Part shown: positions 21,258 to 31,000 of the stretch, piece by piece
Layout of the letters: the number at the start of each line of letters is the position of its first letter
Position numbering within the stretch: position 1 is the first letter of the stretch
NCBI GenBank assembly: GCA_965644315.1
Contig: CBFFRQ010000186.1
Location: forward strand, 1 to 43,554
DNA: 43,554 nucleotides
Reading direction: 5' to 3'
From: Caecitellus pseudoparvulus
Lineage: Eukaryota; Protista; Bigyra: Bicosoecida
Position numbers and translations under genes: made by a program
Notes under the pieces: generated by a model
The model's database searches: none
Seen by the model: only the letters and a program-made list of their open reading frames with translations
What the model was told of the DNA's origin: nothing

Positions 21258-23131
21258 ATGATGCCTGGAGGCACCCTGCGGGACCGCATGAACGCAACAC
21301 AGCTGCGCATTACAATGGACCAGATCCATGCAGCCGCCAACCCGGCCGAGGAGCAGGTGGGTGTGCTCTGTGTCCACTTGTGTGCGCTGCCCTCCTGGTG
21401 CACTGCACCTTGCCGCCCGTTACGAAGCACAGGCTCTGGCGGAGCAGCTGATGAACGCAACGCCGACTTCCAGTGTCGTCTCGGATGATGACTTGTTTGA
21501 TGGCCCCGCGGGCTTCTCGAGCGGCTTTGCGAACACCTCGGGAGTCAGTGGCTCATCGGTAAGCTTCGTGGCATGGCGTTTCGCGTCGCGCTGCATCTCG
21601 GCACTCCACTCACACTCACCACCCCACCGCGACGCCACGGCACAGTCCCCAACAGACGGAGGACTTTCATTGGCTGTGCCCACTCCCCGGCCTGCACAGC
21701 GCAGCGCCTCTCCTGACTTTGAGAAGCAGGCCGTGCCAGCTTCAGCCACACCCCGCACATCTGCCCTCAGCGCCAGCATCGCCGCTGACCGCGCCCGGGA
21801 CGGCGTCATGCAGGTGCACCAGTTCAGTAGCGAAGCCGGGGACTGGGTGCAGGTGCCCATGGCCACTGCCGTGGCCGCAGCCACCCCCAGCCAGAGGAAG
21901 CCGCCCCCCTCCCACCCCAAGCGACACCCCAGGCGCCCCTGATGTCGACTCGGCGCCACCCCCCCCCCCCCACACCGCCCAGTCATCCATTTCCTCCCTA
22001 CCAAGCCTGGCCCCCGCCACGGGCATGCAGTACCGTTGGCAAATGACGCAAATGCTAGCCTCTTGCTCCGTGGGCGAGGTGCTCCGCGGCCTCGTTCGCC
22101 TCTGCAACCAGCAAGGCGGCTGCTGGTTGTTGCCAGGGCAGCAGCCAGCACCTGCTGCAGACCAGTCTTCCTGTGGCGCCGCGTCCAGCGCCTTCCAGCT
22201 GCGTGTCGCCGAGGACGGCGAGGCGGACTTCGACTTCCCCTGCCTCCCCCGCGCCGCCAAAGTGGCCGGGCTGGGGGAAGAGGAATTCGCCGTGTGCAGC
22301 GCCGACAGCCAGCAGGAGGTGCTGCAAGTGCGCCTGCACCATACGACGTCCAAGGCAGGCAAACCCGTTCTGCGGCTCTTCTTCCGCCACCCGCCTCCGC
22401 CGGGCACAGAGGTGTTCGACCCGTCCCCTGTGCCCAGGGGAACGGGCTCCACGCCCACACCCTCGCCCACCGCCTGCCCTTCGTCAGCTGCTCCGGAACA
22501 TGCCCACACCAGCGCCGGTGCACCTACCCAACCCGCCGTCCCCACCGCCCAGCCCCTCCGACTGTGGTCCAGGTCAGGGGAAGTCTTCACACCCGTCCCA
22601 GTGCAGGCCACGCCTGCAGCCCAAACTTCACCCGCCCGACACCAAGACGCGCCAGCGTTCGCACTATCAGACAGCGAAGACACGAGCCCAGAGGGCGATG
22701 GCAGCGGCAGTGGCAGCGGCGCTGAGGAGGAGGAGGTGGAGACGGGCGGCCGCGGTAGCCACACGGGCCTGCAAGTGACGTACACGTCAGCGGGTGGCGA
22801 GGGGGGGAGCTTTGGTGGGGCGCTGGGCAGTGTGGCTGCAGTGCCCATGGGGCGGGAGGGTGCCGGACACCTCGCTGCGCACACAGCCCAAGTGGGCGCA
22901 CCCGGCGGCGCAGACATGATGCGTCAAATTGCAGAGTACCGCAGAGCGCGGTACGGCAGACAGCCGCCAGCTAGCGAACAAGGGGTGCCTGCAGTGCTGG
23001 GCAAGCTGGCAGCAGGCCTGTCAGCCGAGCCCCGGCGCAGGCAGTTGCTGGAGAGTGACGAGGATGCGCTGGCAGCTGCCATCGCAGCTGTGGACGGCAC
23101 GGGGTCACAGGCAGCTGCGCCCTCGCTCTGA
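21258..23131 (+). CDS. Hypothetical protein (3 exons, apparent frameshift near 21904-21909)
   Basis: Introns 21357-21432 and 21559-21645 (GT...GCACAG) keep the frame. A +1 shift at C6 links to ORF 21719..23131, which has a globular-looking core (QYRWQMTQML...FQLRVAEDGEADFDFPCL...VLRLFFRH). Confidence 0.65.
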
Positions 23132-23474
23132 TCTTGCCTGGCCCGGCAGTAATGCACATGTACATGTAGAGGGGGGTTGCCCCAGTCCCCTGCTGCTGGA
23201 GCCAGGCGGGGGCAAGCACGGGATGAAACGTGCCAGGTGCATTGCGGAGAGTCGAGCCACGTGCTCTAAACAGGCTGCCAAGTGCTGGCGTCACGGCACC
23301 AGCGCACAGGCCCCATTTGTGCAAGGCTTTGCTGCGTGAGCAAGCCTGCAGCCGCTGGATCATTTGAAGAGGTTGCCTGTTGTCCTGTGTGGGCTGCGGG
23401 CCAGACTCCCAACCAGCTTGCTCGGCCAGCTCAAAGTGTGGGCCCACATTCAGTGGACCAAAGAGCACATGCTA

Positions 23475-24071
23475 TCACTGTGCCGAAACAGTGGCCGTCT
23501 CTGGACTGCCGCCTGGCACCATCTGCGCCGGAGAGAGAACGTGACCAATTTGCACAGCAAGCCCCGAGCACCCCGCCGCGGTAGGCGCCGATACGCACCA
23601 TGGTGACGTGGTTGCCGTTCAGGAGGATCTGGTCCAGCTTCTCGGTCGTGGTTCCTGACGCTGTCGTCTTGCTGTTGCGCAGCACAAATGCATGAGAAGT
23701 GGTAAGGCCAAACAACTCGTGCACGCGGTACGCCACTCACTACTCCGTCACGTCTTCAAGCACCATGTTCACAAAGTCATCGAAGCCCTTCAGTGTCCCC
23801 ACAAACTCGCGGTCGCCACGAAGAATTACCCACAGCTTGGACTGTGCAGCGGGGAGGGCAGGTGCTGCAGAGATAATGGATGCCACTGGCCAACGTGCGG
23901 AAATAGCCTCACCCCAATGCACTTGCCCACAAGCTCTGCGAGAGGGAGGGGAGGGAAAAGCATGAGGAAGCTATGAACAGCACTAATATCACCACAGCCC
24001 GTATCCTGCGGCGTTCACGTACCCAAGGGGAGCAGCTGGGGCAGCCCTGTCGAGGAACCGGAGTCTGCCAT
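23475..24071 (-). CDS. LSM5: U6 snRNA-associated Sm-like protein LSm5 (5 exons, 97 aa)
   Basis: Exons 24071-24023, 23935-23913, 23841-23741, 23671-23599 and 23522-23475 give [97 protein letters not shown], which matches the LSm5 signatures. Confidence 0.96.
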
Positions 24072-24500
24072 GTCTGGCGTGCAAACAAGCAGTTGCGAAT
24101 CGCCGGAGATGGAGGTAACGAACTTGTCACGAAGCAGGTGGTCAGTCTCGGGTGGGTGTGTTCTTGTTTGAAAATTGTGGATTTGCACACATCCTACGTT
24201 GGGTGTGCACGGGGCCGGGTAACGCTGTGAGCTGCTGTTTGCAAGGTCTAGACGAGGCGTGGGTGTTTTCGCAAAAATCTCCGCCGAAAAAACTCAAATT
24301 TGCAGGAAAAGCCCCCGATCAGACTGCGTCCAATTGTTTACACGATGTACAGGCCCAAGTAAGCGCCTTTGCATTCTGCTTGATCGATCAGAGGCGCCTT
24401 TCGTGTGGATTTCACCTGCCGCCTGTCTGCTTGGGGCCAAAGCGCAGATTCTTACGCACGGCTGCGGGAAGCTCGTTAGAGGGAGTCGGCCTTCACAAGC
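24072..24500. promoter_or_regulatory. Putative bidirectional promoter region (LSM5 / lectin)
   Basis: Divergent starts 429 bp apart with a locally A-rich patch at ~24265-24310. Confidence 0.5.
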
Positions 24501-25945
24501 ATGGGCGCTGTAAATCTTCTAGGCGCGCTTGTAGCTTGTAGCGTCGCTGGTTTCGTTGGAGCAGGTGCGCTGCGTGTGCTGAAACTCCCTGCGTTTCTCC
24601 GTCTCTCCGGCACACACCTGGACTGCAATGCGCACAGACTTTGCGTATACGACGTTCAACGACACCTCTGGGCTTGTATTCCTTGGCTCAGCAACAACAA
24701 GCGACTGCTCTGGGGGAGCGACCGTAAGGTTCCCAAGCTCCCGGTCCTGTCTCGACTGCCAGGCACTGGTGAACTCTTGCATGTCCTTCGCAGCATCCGT
24801 ACCAGCCGAGGCACGGCAGTGCAGACGGCAGCGGGCGCATTCCTGGCCTGATTGTAAGTGCAGGGTGCCACAACCATGCTCTTCAAGGCTGAAAGTGCGA
24901 GCGTTTGGCCCTGCTTCCCTCGCAGTCCGAGGGTGTCACCACGCACACGTCGTACGAGACGAGCACCAACGACCCCAGCGACAGTGACTACATCGCGTCA
25001 GCCTTGTCAGTGTTTGGCCACCGCGAGGCGTTCGCAGAGTCGCCAGACCCGCGGCGCTGTGATCTGCGCATGAGGTATGGACAGCTCTCGGTCACGCCGC
25101 ACTAAACCGCGCAGCACCCCCTGCGCGACACCCACAGGCTCACTCCATCCAAACCATACAAGCAAGGAGCTGTCTGGCGAAGGTCACCGGTGCCGTTGTC
25201 AGGGGGCTTTGAGGCAGGGTTTTCGTTTCAGATCTCAGACCATTCCCGCGTCTGCCGAAGGGTGCGCGATAAGGCCTTCAGCACTCGCTTGTACGAATCA
25301 TGTATGGTGCACGGAGGGGATGGATTTGCATTCGTTCTGCACAACGATGCCAACCGCACGGAGGCGCTCGGGGTGGACGGGGAGCGCTTGGGCTACACTG
25401 GCATCCGCAACGCCATCGCAGTGGAGTTCGACACGTGGTACAACCCAGACATTGGCGACCTGTTCCACGACCACATTAGTCTGCAGGCCTCAGGCCCCCT
25501 AGCACCACTGGCCTCCAACCAGTCACAGCTGATGGGGGCAGCGAGGCCCCACCCCCTCGCAGATGGGAGGGTGCACAGCGTCAAACTGCAATACTTCCCG
25601 CACCTGAAGTATGAGCTGCTCCAGCACTTTTCCGCCACCCCCCAGTTGGTCCCTTTTCTCAAAGATGCAGGCGAATCACGTCGCATTGGCACCTTTGTTG
25701 TATACATCGACAACATGACTGCACCCTTGACAGCGGTGCCCATCAACCTGAACGTGGCAATGGACCTGCCCGACGGTCAAGCGTATGTTGGGTTCACAGC
25801 CTCCACTGGAAAAGCGTGGGAGCGGCACGACATGTTGTCATGGTACTTTTGCGAGTATCCAGGCTGTCCTAGGAGTGGCCTGGGCCTGGTGGATTGGCAA
25901 GCGACCCTTGATTTCATGGATGAGGATGAAGTGAACCCTCGATGA
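24501..25945 (+). CDS. Secreted L-type (legume/ConA-like) lectin (5 exons)
   Basis: Exons 24501-24564, 24638-24723, 24794-24853, 24926-25074 and 25138-25945 are all phase-compatible. Signal peptide, then RLTPS...GAVW, GGDGFAFVLHN, IAVEFDTWYN and AYVGFTASTG...HDMLSWYF. Confidence 0.9.
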
Positions 25946-26116
25946 AGCAATGCAGCGCCTTGCGCACACCCCCCCTCTCACAAAATGCAAAAACGGAAGA
26001 TATGCAACCAAGTCGACACTTCATGTTTGCAAGCCATGAATCTGCTGAAGTGGCGACCCGTCCCCATTGCCATTCTGTAGGCGCCGCATGTGCCAACTCG
26101 CCGGCGCAAGTTCAGA

Positions 26117-27855
26117 ATGGCGCCTGGTCAGAGCCAGGGCCCGGTCCTCGTGCTGTGCGCGGCGACCCTTGCCTGCACTTTCCTCTGTAGCGTCCATTCC
26201 TTCAATGTCACATTGAGGGCGCCATCGCAGGGGGACTGGATTGCGGGTGACGAGGTCACCGCGGAATTTGAAGTGTGGCGTTTGCACGGCGAGCAAGTGA
26301 GCAACGCCCTCATCCGCTTGGATGGCAAGTACCAGCCCTTCTGCAACATTGATCTGACGGACATGGCTGAGTCTGTGGTGGTGCAGTGCACTCTCCGGCT
26401 GGAAGCACCTCAAGTGCACTGGCTCCGAGTCTTCGTCTTCTCAGGGCAAGGCACGAGCTTCAAACAGCACAGCATCGTCTTCACGCAGATTCCTGCAGGC
26501 CTGCGTCAACCCCAGCCCTGGTGGTCAGGGCGGCTCCCAACCAATCACGTTGGTGCTGGCGACTGGCTTGACGGCTTCCGCTCCAAACGAAGCGACAAGC
26601 TAAAGCCTCCTGCGATGCTACCGACAGGGGAAGATGTCGTAGCTGCTGCAAGCAACCAAGTGAGCAGAGCTCCGGAGGAGTGCCGAGTCCAGCACTCGAA
26701 TGCGTCTGCCCCCCTCTTGTGCACCTCGGCCTTCCACACAAGATCCCGCTCCAAGCTTCTTGGGCCACAGTGGACCAGTGCATGGAGGCGTGTCAGCGTC
26801 GCACAGTGGATTCAGCAAGGTGCAACGCCAACGTGTGCGGCAGCCTCCACTCTCGCTGCAACTTTCGCCACAGAGAGTTCAGCACAGCACGTGTACGACA
26901 CGATTCAATCGTTGAAGGCACAGGACGCAAGTCTCGGCGTTGTCGTGTTTGTGTACGGTGCTGCTGAGCCCTGGTGGGAGACGGAGCAGTGGATGACTGT
27001 CCCCTGCATCCGCTTCGTTGTGTTGCCGGGCCACATGCGACTGTGGTTCCTGAAGCACTTCCTGACGCCAGAGACCTTGCAAAGTTGGTCCTGGCTTCCC
27101 ACGAACGAGGCCCACCCCCACTCCACGTGGTGTTCTTCGATGATGACGTGGACGTGTCCCGGCTCCAGCTGCCTGGCTTCATCGCAACCATGCACCGACT
27201 GGGCATCCACCTGGCACAGCCTGCCCACGATGCATCCTCAGAGACGTCACACGCGCTGCTCTTTGCTGGTGCCCACGGAACATCAAGCCCTGGCTCCTTC
27301 TCTACTTTTGTGGAGTGTGGGCCGGTTGTGGTTGCAGAGCTTGAAACCTTCAACTGCATGATGGAGGTTGTGAATGAGTTTGGCGTCTCAGGCTACGGCT
27401 TCGACTTCTTATGGCCCGCACTCTGTGCACCCCACACCACCGCACTTCTGCATAACTTCACCATTCGTCACTTGAACAGGCAAGGGCTCTCAGCCAAGCC
27501 AAATGCCATGGGCCAGATGGCTGCCGATGGCATCGCAGCCCTCGCAGGGGCGTCGTTGGCTGGCCTGCTGCCAGACTTAGAGTGGGTGGCGCCAATGATG
27601 GGAGCCATCCGAACATCAGCACGGAAAACTATCCAGCGCATCTTGCAGTACTGCCCTGAAACCCGACAAAACTCTGACGAGGACCAGTGCACAGCGAGCG
27701 TCGTTGCCGCGCACCAGGCCGGCACTGCTCTGTCAGCAAGCAAGGCCCCGGGTCGCTGGAATCAGCACCAGCGCCCCATCTTGTTCCCCAACAAGACTAC
27801 CTCCTTTCCTTGGGGCGAACTTGTCATGGGGCCGTCAGTGGAGGCAGCTCGATGA
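26117..27855 (+). CDS. DUF707-family protein (putative GT-A-fold glycosyltransferase) with signal peptide and N-terminal beta-sandwich; one apparent frameshift
   Basis: ORFs 26090..27361 and 26974..27855 join if one base is added near C5 27115-27119. Motifs RLWFLKHFLTPE, VVFFDDDVD, IHLAQPAHD, FVECGPVV and SGYGFDFLWPALC parallel plant DUF707 (KWWFAKRFLHP, IFLWDEDL, EISQPALD, FVE.MAPV, GWGLDF). Confidence 0.75.
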
Positions 27856-28068
27856 ACTGCTGCGGCTCCTGTGCAGGCCTACACCTTGACTTCTAGCGCT
27901 GACAAATCCATTCATCAGTATACTTTGATACCACAAGGTGTGGAGACACATGTCAATGCATTGTGAGGGCTGCATAGGTCCCCTCCTGGCACTGGGGTGA
28001 GCCCCCACCCTCCTGCGTTTCTACATGAAACGCGACGCACAACGCCAGCTCGCACATACCTGACAAGC

Positions 28069-31000
28069 ATGCCTGGGAGCCGAGCAAAGCGCTGCTTAGT
28101 GTTCTTTGCATCCTTTTCATATGCGTTAGCCACCCAGCTGCGCATCACTGAAGTCATGGTGGCCTCCCGCATGCAGCACCGCGACTTGAACGTGAGCTGG
28201 GTGGAGGTCACAAACTTCGGGCACCAGCCGTGGAACCTGACAGGGGCCTCCCTTTCCACTGGGGACCACGTGAACAAGAACAACAGCGTGTACAGCGAAA
28301 TAATACTGCAGCCCTTCCGCTCCGCACTTTTACACAGCGGGCTTGACGACAAGAAGGTGGACCAGGCGGTGCGGGAGGCGTGGGGGCTGCCATCTGACAC
28401 GCTGGTGGTCGGTGTGCGGCCCTTCCGCCCCGATGCCGAGCCGCTTCACCTTTCAAGGGAAGCTACAGGGATGGTGACTCTCTTTGATGCAGGCGGGGTG
28501 CTTGTCTCGCGGGTTTCGTGGAGCTCCACGGCGCGGCCCGGTGTCGCGATGCAATGGTCAGCGCAAGGGGAGGCATTCGGGGAGGCTGCGGCAGGGGAGC
28601 TCGGGGCCTGGGAAAGCAGCAGCAACTCTAGCTCCGAACGCGATGTGGGCTCGCCTGCCCTGTACGCCGTTGCTGCAGTCGATGCAGTGCCTGGTTCAGC
28701 TGGCTTGGACCCACAGAGCGGCATTCAGTTCGGCCGCAGTTTCGTGGTCTCGCGTCCCCCACGTCCGGATGCGACGCCTCTGTACACCTTGACTGACTTC
28801 ACGCGCCAAACATCAAGACCCCTTTTGGACCCACAAATCCCAGGGACCACTTCTCATTCACTGCTCGAGTGGGACTCATGGCTCCTCTTTGCAGCCAACA
28901 CGTCGCAGCACGGAGACGAGGTGTGGGCGTGGCACGGTCACACGAATGCGTTCTTCCCATCTCCCCCCGAGATGCAATTCGACATCGTCCCAGGGCCACA
29001 GTCTTCATCTCCTGCCTTCTTCACAGCGTTTGATGGTTCGGTTTTCTTCGCCGCGTCCACGAAGGAGGGCCGACGGGAGCTTCACTTTCTATCCCACTCC
29101 CCAGTCTCGGAAAGCCTGGCCCTGACCAACCTGGACGCAGCCGACAAGCAAGTGGAGGCTGGCGGTTCGCCCGCTCAGGATCCGTACGACCTTATGCATG
29201 TCCCACCCCCTTCTGCACGAGCATCTGCAACCGATGTCGGCTGGCTGGTGTTTGGCGCCACGTCAGCCGCTGGCGGAACGGAGCCGTGGTTTCTTGCTGG
29301 GTCTTCGACGGTGCCCGTCATGCTGGCTGATGTGTGCCCTGGCCCATGCAGCTCTGCCCCAACCGGTTGGGTGCGATGGCGCTCTTCCCTCCTGTTCACG
29401 GCCGATGATGGCGTTCACGGCTCTGAGCTTTGGCGATACACCGGTGACATGGCAGGGCCAGCAGTGCTTGGGACAGACCTGCACATGGCAGCAGACATCG
29501 AGGCAGGGGCAGCTTCCAGCTCCCCCCGCTCAGGGGTCGTCTGGCGAGACACCTTCCTCTTCATAGCCGACACGGCAGCGCATGGTACTGAAGTTTGGGC
29601 GTGGAATGGCGAGGATGCTCCGCAGATTCTGTTCGAAGTGCAGCGAGGACCCTCAGACTCAGCTGTGCAAGCCCTCACTGAGTACCATGGCGCTATTTTC
29701 TTCACAGCAGTTGGAACAAACTCGGGGCGTGAGGTGTGGACTTGGGAGGGGCAGGGGCGCCCAAGAATGCTGTTCCACCACCCGCCCGCAGGCTCCAGCG
29801 GCCTCGGCAGCGTGCGAAGTGGGGCACACTTCTGGCGCATGCAAGGCGAGCTTTTATGGGCAGCAGATGATGGGCGGCACGGAATTGAGGTCTTCCGAAC
29901 GTACAAGCACCCCGACACGACGGATGCGCTGTGTGTGCCGCTCCAGGAACAGAGCACGCTGGGGGGTGTGTGGGACTTGCGAAGCACGCTGCAGCCAGTC
30001 ACGGAGCAGGCTTGCGCTTTCAAACTTACCGTGCCTGGCTGCGACCATTGTCAGTTGGGGTACTCCATTGCTGTGGACGGCGCTGTCCGCTTTCCTTCGC
30101 AGCTGGTGGCGACATCTATCCTTCAGAACGGCGGCAGAGGGGCAGCGTTCGTCTTCCACCGCCTCGCGCTGACGGATTTCACCGGTCCCAAGGCACCCTT
30201 TCAGTGGACCCTGGCCGCAACGCTCACCGGACTGGACGATCAGCCAGGAGATGCCTGTGGCACTTCTACCGCCTTGTCGGGGCCCTGGCTTGCGGTCGGA
30301 TGCCCCGCCGCGAATGCTTCGGCAGGCCGGGTACATATGTTTCGGTGGGGGCACGGAGCATGGAGACTGTACTCCACACTTCCGTCACCATCGACAATGG
30401 GCGTGCAACCTGAGTTTGGGGCCGCCCTCAGCATGCACGCCCATGGGAGCGGAGCCCCAACTCTGGTCGTTGGTGCGCCGGGAGCGGATGTGGCGGGTGT
30501 TTCAGGCGCAGGGGCCGCGTCAGTGTGGGAGCTCCGCTATGGTCTTTGGGAGCACGTCCAGGTGCTGATGAGTGACACTGCTCAGTCCAGTGGCGAGTTT
30601 GGGGCTGCAGTCGGCTTGCACGGAGGGAATCTGGTCATCGGGGCACCAGGAATGGACGGCGGCTCTGGTGCAGCATTCATGTTCATCCGACTGCCGGAGC
30701 GAGCCGATCCATGGGCAGCACCAGTGAAATCTCGCATCCTCCCCCTTGATGATTCACGATATGGCCACTTTGGTGCCAAGGTTGCCATGGACTCGAATCA
30801 CTTTGCCGTGGCAGCTCCCTCTGCTGCGTCTGGCGCGGGGGCTGTTTGGGTGTACGCTTTTGACGCAGATCTCACGCACGTCGTGCTGCATGAGCGCATC
30901 ACAGCTTTGGATGGGAAGCAGGGGGATGGGTTTGGGGCAAGCGGAGTGGCTGTCGTGTCCCACCCGCCACAGGTTGTGGTGGCAGGGCCAGCTGGCGCCA

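Noticed and set aside
23921-23926. GCAAGT in LSM5 exon 2 as a possible GC-AG donor
   Set aside because: LSm5 homology (ELVxKCIG) requires the exon to continue to the GT donor at 23912.
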